Below, in pieces: positions 53,461 through 64,000 of a DNA stretch of 64,000 bases; position 1 is the stretch's first letter; each line of letters opens with the position of its first letter. The notes below the pieces were generated by a model. That model had not been told where the DNA came from, made no database searches, and saw only the letters and a program-made list of their open reading frames with translations. The stretch comes from Octopus vulgaris (lineage: Eukaryota), in NCBI GenBank assembly GCA_951406725.2, contig OX597815.1, forward strand, positions 191,890,001 to 191,954,000. The letters run 5' to 3'. A program made the position numbers and the translations under genes.

Positions 53461-54814
53461 TATATATAAAATTGCGGTTGCATGTTTGTGTGTGTAAACC
53501 CACAGAACTTATGAAGTTTGCAACTGATTTTCTCCAAATTGGGTACATACATCACTTATGTTTTACAGATAGTTTTAGACTCTTAAAACTTTTCACATGG
53601 TGGGTAATGGAACCCCTGGGGGGTGGAAAATCCCCTTTCTTGGGGTATGTACGATTGCCCGCATAGTCCATCCATTGCTTCTGTTCAAACTGAAAAAGCA
53701 GCTACTGAAATGACATAAGTCAGTTGTATTAAATGGCTGAACAGATGAAGACTTCAAACTGAATTGTCTGAGTGCTAGCAATAATAGCCTGTTCCTGTAG
53801 TACCAGAGGAAGCATTTTAAGGGAATAAAGACCGTTTGGAATGCTCGATGTTTATTATGAAAAATATGCTAAAGGCCTTGGTAGTGCAGTAGGCAGCACG
53901 CCAGTCTCATAATCAAGCATAAAGTTAGAGGAATCTGAAGGTCGTGGGTTCGATCCTCACCTGGGGCACGTAACTTTTGTCCAACCCATGCTAGCATGGA
54001 AAACGGACGATAAACGATGGTGATGATGATGATGATCTTAAATCCTGAGCAACTATTCAGCTATTTTCTTTTAGCTTCAGTGTCAAATTCTTCCTTCTAA
54101 GCATAGAGGAAGCCCATACAAATATTCTTCGGCTATTGATTACAAACTGGAATATCGCATGTACATTAACCTAATAATTTATTGGTGTCTAAGACCCAAC
54201 CACGTTAGTTAGAAACCGTGTTCTTAATGTGACTTTGCATGCCCAGAATCTGCATGTAGAATTGTTTTCATTTGGGAGCTGAGTTGTCTTTGCAATGGTC
54301 CCATGCTGTTTACATGAAGGAGTGCACAGTTGAGCCACGACTATTGATTCCAAACTGAAATATCACATGACAGTGTTGTTTTCAAGCGCTTCCTTGCCAA
54401 TCCATACCCCTTTACCATGTCATTTCTTTCATGTAGGTTTTCTCTCATGTGGTGCTGTTGAGCACGCCCACAGGCTTAATTTATCACATAGATGTAGTTC
54501 CTGTGTCTGCTGATTGTTCAGCATGGTAGCGGCAGCAGTGCCGACAGGCGCAAAAGAGAGTATATCAACGGAGAGCATTTTGGAGCCTTCAAAAATCACA
54601 TACCTGCCACCCACTTTCCCATGACAAGGTTAGGGCTTGGAAGCTTCCAAACAGACACATGTCATGTCACTTAGTCGAATTAGCCCTTCATTTACTCCAC
54701 AAATGTTTTGTCATCAATGCTGCAGTTCCCTGAATCACATGTTTCAACTTAACTGTACCATATATACAAAATATACCCTTTAAATCCTCGACCAACGCTG
54801 GGTATGTCTGCTAG
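53461..54814 (+). mobile_element. Second Helitron-like element directly downstream, carrying a tRNA-Met
   Basis: Helitron-like start TATATATAAAATTGCGGTTG..GTGTGTG; end CCTCGACCAACGCTGGGTATGTCTGCTAG|T. Confidence 0.55.
53875..53968 (+). tRNA. tRNA-Met(CAT): Intron-containing elongator tRNA-Met(CAT), gene or young pseudogene; intron 53912-53932
   Basis: Exons total 73 nt and closely match eukaryotic tRNA-Met(e): GCCTTGGTAGTGCAGTAGGCAGCACGCCAGTCTCATA|21 nt|ATCTGAAGGTCGTGGGTTCGATCCTCACCTGGGGCA; TTTT terminator just downstream. Confidence 0.8.
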
Positions 54815-54885
54815 TATATATATATGCATGTATCCACTTGAGAAGAGAAGGCAGAATTAAAATTTTCAGATGGTTAACAACCAAG

Positions 54886-54918
<33 letters not shown>

Positions 54919-54921
<3 letters not shown>

Positions 54922-54953
54922 TCCGATGAAGAGCTCCGCTCGAAACGTTAAAC
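54919..54953 (+). ncRNA. Minimal hammerhead-like motif (Penelope type)
   Basis: gttt-CCGATGAA-GAGC-tcc-GCTC-GAAAC-GTT-aaac. Confidence 0.5.
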
Positions 54954-55190
54954 CCTCCTTCTTTCCTGAGCATCCAATAATACTATATTTGTTCCACGTC
55001 CTGGCGTTGTTGTGTTTTTTTGTGCTTTCATGTTTGGATTATCTTTATAAATATATATATTTTTTTAATAGAGCAAACTTACTTAGATTACATAGATTCA
55101 AAGAATTAGTGTGGAAAAGGCGTTACATGTCTGACAGCTGTTTCTGAGTGATCAGAGTTACTTCATATGTAACCTTTCTGCTGCACCCTG

Positions 55191-55244
<54 letters not shown>

Positions 55245-55371
55245 ATTCTACTTGAATAATGGAACTGCAAATACAATATTATGTATCTTACTTCTATTTT
55301 CATTCTTTTACTTCCCTCTGTATTTCATATCTTCTCTACAATAATTAATACTCAAACATTTTCTCACACCA

Positions 55372-55417
55372 TCTCTGATGAAGGAATATATAAAATATCT
55401 CAGAAACAGCTGTAAGA
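55372..55417 (+). ncRNA. Minimal hammerhead-like motif
   Basis: tct-CTGATGAA-..-GAAA-CAGCT-GTA-aga with palindromic ACAGCTGT; a degenerate opposite-strand relative lies at about 55120-55170. Confidence 0.55.
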
Positions 55418-55935
55418 CCTTTTCTTTATAACTGTTTCAAAAAACTATTTACAGCCTTGGATTTTTTATCTCATTCTGTCAATTTATATATATATATATG
55501 CACGCATGGATTTGTGTCTCTGTTTGTCCCCCACCATTGCTTGAAACCAATGTTGGCTTGTTTACGTCTCCATAACAAAGCGGTCCAGCAAAATGGGAGC
55601 GATAGAATAAATACTAAGCGTACAAAGAATAAGTCCTGGAGTCACTTTGTTTGACTAAAGGCAGTGCTCCAACATGGGCACACTGAAACTAGTAAAAGAG
55701 TAAAATTATATTTTTATATTTAATTTTTTTTTAAATTTCAGACAGTAATGTGTAATATGAAAGAGAACTGGCTGCTATTTCTAGCTAGTTGAACAACCAC
55801 ATAGATACTCTTTTATTAGCTTGCGTAAGAAAAAATCCCATTTATTGATATGCATAGTAAACAATTTAGATTCATATTATTATGGGAAATTAATCTACAA
55901 AGACAAGTAAATTTAATCATTATGTAACATAGCCT

Positions 55936-56240
55936 TTAGCCCTTTCAGCGATTGTGTTTCTGATAAAATACACGGCCTACACATGTTTCAATTTATTCAG
56001 AAAAATGATCAAAATTTTTCAAGGGATTTAGTAAAAGAGCTAATTCCGTCATCGTTATAGTGGTGCTGGGAACATAACTTCACGGAAAAACAACAAACCA
56101 ACAAACAAAAAAGGGCTCTTACATAAAATTACAATGTAAAAGTTGTTTTTTTAAAATTTAAATATGAAAGCATTAAAATGGGAAATTTTGTATCATAAAA
56201 CCAGAAATGGTTCCGGCTTTGTTAGCGTCAGCAGGGTTAA
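55936..56240. mobile_element. piggyBac-type MITE (diverged)
   Basis: TTAG-CCCT...AGGG-TTAA ends. Confidence 0.5.
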
Positions 56241-56489
56241 CAAATATATCCTCTCAGGGTTATACAAGAGCAGTCATCTATTATAATTTTATTATTATTT
56301 TTTTTTGTTACTTTTGTTCTGCCATTTTACATTTCTTTTTCCCGTGCTAGCATGAATGATCACAGCAGCAACGGCAGCATCCTTTACGAAAGAGCATTAT
56401 CATTATTATTATTATTATTATTATTATCAATATTGTTGTTGTTGTAGTTGTAATTTCAGTTGTTATAGTTGTTGTTTTTGCGGGTGTTA

Positions 56490-56870
56490 CTCCTCCTCTT
56501 CTTCTTCCTCCTCTTCTTCCTCCTCTTCTTCTTCCTCCTCTTCTTCTTCCTCTTCTTCTTCTTCTTCTTCCTCCTCTTCTTCTTCCTCTTCTTCTTCTTC
56601 CTCCTCTTCTTCTTCCTCCTCTTCTTCTTCTTCCTCCTCTTCTTCTTCCTCTTCTTCTTCCTCCTCTTCTTCTTCCTCTTCTTCCTCCTCTTCTTCTTCC
56701 TCCTCTTCTTCTTCCTCCTCTTCTTCTTCTTCCTCCTCTTCTTCTCCTCTTCTCTTCTTTCTCCTCCTCTTCTACTCTTCTTTCTCCTCCTCTTCCTCCT
56801 CCTCCTCTTTCCCCTCCTCCTCCTCCTCTTCTTCTTCTTCTTCTTCTTCTTCTTCTTCTTCTTCTTCTTC
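56490..56870. repeat. Compound (CCT/CTT)n polypyrimidine microsatellite
   Basis: Direct inspection. Confidence 0.95.
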
Positions 56871-58409
56871 TATTATCATTATTATTATTATCATTGAGTG
56901 ACAGAACAGTGCATACCATTATTATTATATGTCTGTCTCTGTATTGTCCCCCTCATCCTTCCCCTTGTGGCAAATAAATGACATCATCATCATCATTATT
57001 TATATATATTTCAAGCAGTGACTTCCAGTGAACGTTAGTTTACATTTCAATCATTAACTAACCACCAACCCCCTGCACTCCACCACCTCCATCCCCCACC
57101 GAACCCCCAGTACCCCCAGCACCCCCCTCCACTTTGTAATACTCTGTGCTTTCATTCTTTCAATTTTCGAAAAGCTATTTCTCATTTACTTATTTATTCA
57201 TTCTTTTCATTCATTCATTCATTTTTTTCCTTCTTCCATACTTGCATGGATTGGCAGATTTATAACATGCTAGAGTAAAAAATTTTTATTCTGTTTTATA
57301 ATTTTGCACGCATGTGTGTGTATTTGTGTGTGTGTGTGTGTGTCTGTGTGTGTGTGTCTGTGTCTGTGTGTGTTACAATTCAATTCTCTTCCTGCTGTTA
57401 AATTTACTCAACTGTTAAGTAGGAATGGAAACTATTTCTGTCACTCAGGCAATCAAGTGCAAGCCTAGTTCTAACCCGTACTCAGGGGAACTGCACACAA
57501 TAGCTGAAGTAGTAAGGTTTGAACTCATGACCCCATCGTCAGTAGTTCAGGGCCTAACCATCACAGCCATTATACCAGTAGCATAGTAGATGAATACATC
57601 GTAGTTCAACAAGGATATATATAATTCTGTGCAGGTTTGTAAAATGGTTCAAATAGACAATGTGTATTCTAGTTTTTGTGTGCTAACGTTTGCAGTTCCA
57701 GTCAAATATAAATATTCAGATTTAAATTTGTGTCTTCATTATTTAGGTGCAGGCATGACAGTGTATAAGAATTTTGCTTCCCAACCACATGGTTCCAGGT
57801 TCAGTCCCACTGCGTGGCGCTTTGGGCAAGTGTCTTCTACTATAGCCTGGGGTTGAGCAAAGCCTTGTGAGTGGATTTGGTAGATGGAAACTGAAAGTAG
57901 CTCATCATTTTATATACATACATACATATATACATATATATACACACACATATATATATATATTAACTGTATTAGGAATGAGGAGCTTTGTTAGAGTAAC
58001 TTACTAGATATTTTAAAAGTTTATTGTTAATGTATAACTCTTTTTGCTACCAACTTACCCGAAGTAGCTTCTATATAAATTTTCTGTGATCTAAATTAAA
58101 ATCTTTTAAATATTAATTTATATTCCAAACATTAGCTTAATGAGTTAATTTTAACATCAAAAATCAATGGAAACTAGTTGTGATCCCTGGGCCGGTGGCA
58201 CATAAAAAGCACCATCCAAATGTGGCCGATGCCAGCGCCGCCTTGACTGGCTTCTGTGCTGGTGGCACATAAAAAGCACTCACTACACTCATGGAGTGGT
58301 TGACGTTAGGAAGGGCATCCAGCTGTAGAAACACTGCCAGATCAGACTGGAGCCTGATCTGCGTCAACAAATTCCATCTGACCCAGTGCAAGCATGGGAA
58401 ATGTTGACA

Positions 58410-58631
58410 TTAACCCATTAGCATTCAGATTATCCTGTCAAATATAATACATATTTACTTACATTCTTTATCGTGGATTATCTCATAGCTTTGAGATTTT
58501 GATGACGTGATTGTTTAATTTTAAAATGACATTGTCAGATAGGTGTGAGAGGCTGGATATAATCTGTTTCAGCATAAAGGATGTAGAGTATTTGGGGCCG
58601 GATATGGCTGGTTTAAATTCTAAAGGGTTAA
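58410..58631. mobile_element. piggyBac-type MITE inserted in the TTAA of a SINE C tail
   Basis: TTAA-CCCATTAGCATT...AATTCTAAAGGG-TTAA; the SINE tail resumes as AATGATGATG. Confidence 0.75.
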
Positions 58632-58689
58632 AATGATGATGATGAAGATGATGATGATTTCATAGGCTTAATATTCAGGAAACTACTGT

Positions 58690-59113
58690 GGCGCAGGAGT
58701 GGCTGTGTGGTAAGTAGCTTGCTAACCAGCCACATGGTTCCGGGTTCAGTCCCACTGCGTGGCATCTTGGGCAAGTGTCTTCTGCTATAGCCCCGGGCCA
58801 ACCAATGCCTTCTGAGTGGATTTGGTAGACGGAAACTGAAAGAAGCCTGTCGTATATATGTATACATATATATATATATGTATGTGTGTGTGTGTGTTTG
58901 TGTGTCTGTGTTTGTCCCCCTAGCATTGCTTGACAACCAATGCTGGTGTGTTTACGTCCCCGTCTCTTAGGGGTTCGGCAAAAGAGACCGATAGAATAAG
59001 TACTGGGCTTACAAAGAATAAGTCCCGGGGTCGATTTGCTCGACTAAAGGTGGTGCTCCAGCATGGCCGCAGTCAAATGACTGAAACAAGTAAAAGAGTA
59101 AAGAGTAAAAGAG
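58690..59113 (+). mobile_element. SINE A, full length
   Basis: Near-consensus copy with (AAGAGTA)n tail. Confidence 0.9.
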
Positions 59114-59911
59114 TCCCAAGGCATTTTAAAGCCCCTTTGAGGCAGTATGATCAATGTGGTTTACAAATTACAAAAGCTGACATTCTGGGAAGGAAGGAGC
59201 ATGGGCAATACATAGCACAGGCCTTTTGAGGTGGGGGTAGACATATAATATGGGGGTGAGAGGAAGAAATGAATGATTCAAGTGTGTTGTCTGAGAACAG
59301 TCAGCTTTGAGGAGCAGGGGTCACTACACAGTAGGGCAAGGATAGTTAGCATGCTTGAGGTTGGTGTGTGGGTGGGGGTGGAGATGGGGGGTTCAAAGGA
59401 CATCATATTAATCAGTTGAGTGGTCATCTGGAGGCAGGGGTTTCTGCAGTTCACTCTCATCTGGGGGAAGAATCCATTGTTCTTGCGAGACAGGGAATCT
59501 TTTTTAAATTTATTTCAACCATCAGAATTTTTTTTCAAATTTTCTACATCAATATAGTTTTGTATGCTGACGATAAAAATCCACATTAATTTTTTTTCAA
59601 TAAATTAATAATAATAATAATAATAATAATAAAAGAGTTACAAGCCTTTAAAGTTATGTAACTTTAACCAGTCAAAAACGTTCCATCGCTGACATACCGG
59701 AACCGGTTCACTGTGCTCATGGCAGATGTTAGGAAAATCAAACCTCAGCTAAATCAAATATTTGGCAGAATCCTGGATCAGATTCTTTGGTGACTAAGGA
59801 TGTTACACTCTACTTCCATTATAAAAGCCTGACCTGTCCAATGCCTGCTTGGACTATCAAACATTAAGACAATACACTGACATTGTTATTAGTCTTGTAA
59901 TAGCTGTTACC

Positions 59912-59943
<32 letters not shown>

Positions 59944-60393
59944 CATAATCATCATCATCACTGCTACCACTGTGGTCATTTTTTTTTGTTAAAGACAAGC
60001 TTTTAACCTAAAAAAAAAGTCTCGCTAACATTTTTAAAACATTAGCAAATGCAAAATTTCCGAGTTTTTTTTCTCCCTAATTTATTTTCAAAAATTTCCA
60101 TATTTTCTCCTTCTTCCTTCCTAAATGCTGACAATGATAATTCCAGAGTAATTTTTAATTATATAATCAATGACTAAAAATATTCTCTGATGGAGATTGA
60201 TATCATAATGCAGCACGATGTTCTGTTCTTTAGGCTCTGATAATTTTCACCGATGATTTGCAAATGTACTTTGATATTGATCTCACCAAGTTATTTTATA
60301 TTACATAATGTTTTATATATCAGTTCTATTTTAGCTTGTCTCATATTGATTATATTTCAATCAGGCAGAAGAACTAACACTGTTTGTGCAGAG

Positions 60394-61386
60394 AATTAGA
60401 TTTGACTGGCATTTGTTTAATCGACTCTCCTTCTCTCCAACAAAGGATCAAACAAACACAAAGGTGACCTTGTTCAAACCTGAGAGGGGACCAAACCCAA
60501 AGCTGCCGGGTCTCATTTCGACCAATTCTGTCTCTTGTCTCCGGAATCCGCTTCTATAAAATTCTATTGATTTCTTCTACAGGCAAAACAAGATGCTACA
60601 CTTTTGTAAGGGGGGAAAGGCTAAAGTTAACAGAATCTGTCCCAGCATATGTTCTGGGTCCTAGGGGGGATAAAAAGTGAAATTAATCCTCATTAGACAT
60701 TGAGGCTTCAGAACAGGGAGAAAAAATTAGATTTGACTGGCATTTGTTTAATCGACTCTCCTTCTCTCCAACAAAGGTTCAAACAAACACAAAGGTGACC
60801 TTGTTCAAACCTGAGAGGGACGAAACCCAAAGCTGCCGGGTCTCATTTCGTCCAACTTCTGTCCCTTGTCTCCAGAATCTACTTCTATAAAATTCTATTG
60901 ATTTCTTCTACAGGCAAAACAAGATTCTACACTTTTGTAAGGGGGGAAGGGCTAAAGTTAACAGAATCTGTCCCAGCATATGTTCTGGGTCCCAGGGGGA
61001 TAAAAAGTGAAATTAATCCTCATTAGACATTGAGGCTTCAGAACAGGGAGAAAAAATTAGATTTGACTGGCATTTGTTTAATCGACTCTCCTTCTCTCCA
61101 ACAAAGGATCAAACAAACACAAAGGTGACCTTGTTCAAACCTTAGAGGGGACCAAACCCAAAGCTGCTGGGTCTCATTTCGTCCAATTCTATCTCTTGTC
61201 TCCAAAATCTGCTTCTATAAAATTCTATTGATCTCTTCTACAGGCAAAACAAGATTCTACACTTTTGTAAGGGGGGAAGGGCTAAAGTTAACAGAATCTG
61301 TCCCAGCATATGTTCTGGGTCCCAGGGGGATAAAAAGTGAAATTAATCCTCATTAGACATTGAAGCTTCAGAACAGGGAGAAAAAA
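60394..61386. repeat. Three-copy ~330-bp tandem repeat
   Basis: Units start AATTAGATTTGACTGGC at 60394, 60725 and 61055; highly similar to each other. Confidence 0.95.
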
Positions 61387-61656
61387 TAAGGCCAGTCCAG
61401 AAATCTATCATTTCTGTCTCCTCTCTGATGCTATATCGAAGAGGCCAGGGAACAGAAGAAAGAAGACATGCACCCAACACCAGAGCTGAAGACACCTCCA
61501 AAAAGGGGTGCCCCGCCACGTCAAAACGGTAGAGGAGTAGGGACCGTAACCGGACGTGGTTCCTCCTGATGATGTCTTGAGCTAACTGGATCCTATAAAG
61601 GAGCTGTTATGGTAGCATACCATGAAACACGGTTGAAATTCCTGTTGTTGTTGTTA

Positions 61657-62692
61657 TTGCTGATTTGTGGGTTTATGTCAAACAGCTGTTGTCTTGTGTG
61701 GGTTGTATCCATCTATTGGTCAAGTCTATAGTGATGATTGCTCCACTGCTCTCCTTCAGTTGGGCAGGCAAGGCAGTTGTCCTTTGCTTGGTAACTGTGG
61801 TGAAAGAGGCTGTTTGGTGGACGAGGCTGAAAGGCACGGGGACAGATACATTCCACTTTGGTAGAGCTCTCATCGACTTAATCTTACTCTTTACTCTTAT
61901 TTGTTTCAGTCATTTGACTGCGGCCATGCTGGAGCACCGCCTTTAGTCGAGCAAATTGACCCCAGGACTTATTCTTTGCTATCGGTCTCTTTTGCTGAAC
62001 CGCTAAGTTATGGGGATGTAAACACATCAGCATCGGTTGTCAGGCGATGTTGGGGGGAAAATCACAGACACACAAACATATACACACATATATATACATA
62101 TATACTACGGGCTTCTTTCAGTTTCTGTTTACCAAATCCACTCACAAGGCTTTGGTCGGCCCGAGGCTATAGTGGAAGACACTTGCCCAAGGTGCCATGC
62201 AGTGGGACTGAACCCAGAACCATGTGGTTCGTAAGCAAGCTACTTACCACACAGCCACTCTTGTGCTTTCTTCAAGTTTCACTTGAAAAGGAAATTGAGA
62301 GTGGCAAGGGAAGTGTTGTACTCGAGTAAGTTTATTGAAAGGTGAGTGAAAGTTGCGAAAAATAGCGAGAGTGAATAGTACCTCTCTATGTGTAGAACTT
62401 TGAGTCGGGAAAAGGGAATTGGAGAGGGCACTTGACCTTGATGCTCAGGGAGATCTTGGACAGTGGGGTTCCTTGATTAGCCCTAGAGGTCATCCTGTAT
62501 CAGGAGGACTACATCTCTATTATCCCACCCATTTTCTAAACTTTTGCTTTGTGTGTATATTTCCCTTTTTATTGTATACTTATTTTTGTTTTGTTTATTT
62601 GATTTATCATTTCCTCATATGTAAACCCCCACAATTTATGTCTGTTTTGTATTATCCCCTTCATCCTTCGCTCTGGTGGCAAATAAATGAAT
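61657..62692 (+). pseudogene. Tx1/L1-like LINE ORF2 C-terminus and 3' UTR, split by SINE A (-, 61883-62263)
   Basis: ADLWVYVKQLL..VVKEAVWWTRLKG..GRALID continues as FFKFHLKRKLRVAREVL; UTR ends GGTGGCAAATAAATGAA. Confidence 0.6.
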
Positions 62693-62714
62693 TCCTCCTC
62701 CTCCTCATCATCAT

Positions 62715-62883
62715 TATTATTATTATTCATATACACTCAACAGATTAGATTGTTGGAAAAGAAAGGAATCCTAACATCGGCTACAACAAGTTGCCTTAGG
62801 TGCTGAGAACCCTCTTAAGTATCCTAGCTGTCCTTAATAACACTGTTCCCTGCAGCTGTACAAAACTGGGTTTTATGCCTATT
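62715..62883 (-). pseudogene. R4/Dong-like 3' relic in (ATT)n
   Basis: IGIKPSFVQLQGTVLLRTARILKRVLST*, matching the LQK..LLGTARILRKVL motif; (AAT)n tail. Confidence 0.75.
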
Positions 62884-62900
62884 ATTATTGCTATTATTAA

Positions 62901-62937
<37 letters not shown>

Positions 62938-63113
62938 GTTATTATTATTAAGGTGAGCTGCCAGAATCATTAGCATGTTGGACAAAATTCCACCAAGAAT
63001 TTTGTCTGTGTTTATGTTCTGTGTTCAAATTCTGTCAAAGTTGACTTTGCCTTTCATCTTATCAGCGTCAATAAAATGAGTACCAGTCAAATACTGGGGT
63101 CAGTGTAATCAAA

Positions 63114-63625
63114 ATGATGATGATGATGATAATGATCATGATCATGGTGATGATGATCATGATGGTGATGATGATCATGATGGTGGTGGTGATGATGATG
63201 CTGGTGATGCTGGTGGTGGTGATGATGACGATGGTGTTGATGTTGATGATGATGGTGATGGTGGTGATGATGATGATGCTGATGATGGTAGTGATGATGA
63301 TGGTGATGATGATGGTGATGATGATGGTGATGATGATGGTGATGCTGATGATGATGCTGATGCTGGTGATGATGATTATGCTGGTGATGTTGGTGATGAG
63401 GATGATGGTGGTGGTGATGATGCTGGTGATGGTGATGATGATAATGGTAATGGTGATGGTGGTGATGATGATGATGATGGTGCTGGTGATGATGATGATG
63501 CTGGTGATGGTGGTGATGATGATGCTGGTGATGGTGGTGATGATGGTGATGGTGGTGATGATGATGATGGTGAAGATGGTAGTGATGACAATGATGATGA
63601 GGGTGGTGGTGGTAGTTGTAATGAT
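63114..63625. repeat. (GAT/GGT/GCT)n tract
   Basis: Direct inspection. Confidence 0.95.
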
Positions 63626-63760
63626 GTCCTTGAAATTTGATAGCTTCTCAATTTCTTTCTTGTCCACTTCTTTGGTCAGAAAGAAACAAACGATATCCGT
63701 CAGAGCGGCACGATACATTCCTTTCAGTTTTTCATTATGATGATATCAAGACAAGTCCAC
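63622..63760 (-). pseudogene. Degenerate RLE-domain relic (R4/Dong-like)
   Basis: DIIIMKN..TDI..VDKKEIEKLSNFKD resembles PDI..ID..KE.EK..KYKDL. Confidence 0.5.
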
Positions 63761-64000
63761 TTAGGAGCCAGTCACTCCTTCCCTATATTATTAAATATCT
63801 CTTCTAAGGGCCAAAAATTTTGGACGTCATCATTTCCTGGGAGTTTCCAGTGATTCTGTGTTCTTCCTTATTTCTTTAATTCCATTTCTCAAGTACTGGC
63901 GTCAATGGAATCAACAAGTCTTCTCCTCTTGAAGCTACTGTCCTTGTGCTTAAACGAAAAACTACTACTACTACTACTACTACTACTAATAATAATAATA

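Noticed and set aside
54429-54614. ORF with FAPVGTAAATML, reminiscent of a PIF1 motif
   Set aside because: No Walker A or other helicase motifs nearby, and the orientation is opposite to the Helitron ends.
56347-56919. Arg/Gly-rich protamine-like ORF
   Set aside because: Reverse translation of a (CCT/CTT)n microsatellite flanked by other microsatellites.
61560-61640. CTGATGA ... GAAAC hammerhead-like words
   Set aside because: The spacing is too long, and no consistent helix I/III pairing could be built.

Overview
AT-rich, microsatellite-saturated eukaryotic DNA. The SINE families and repeat landscape match what I recall of Octopus (coleoid cephalopod) genomes; this is an inference from repeat content, not a database match. 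No intact protein-coding gene is present, and almost all listed ORFs are microsatellite or SINE artefacts. The window reads like the inside of a very large intron or an intergenic block. It contains one strong candidate 21-nt microexon (+, 7024-7044) and four recurrent SINE families (called A-D here). It also holds 3' relics of CR1, RTE, R4/Dong (RLE) and Tx1/L1-like LINEs, Helitron pieces (a PIF1 helicase split by a SINE array, plus non-autonomous TC...CTAG elements), mariner, hAT and piggyBac-type derivatives, and Penelope-type relics. The most unusual signals are: an intron-containing elongator tRNA-Met(CAT) inside a Helitron-like element; several minimal hammerhead-ribozyme-like motifs and long palindromes beside (TA)n tracts; and two SINE/LINE pairs sharing 3' tails.
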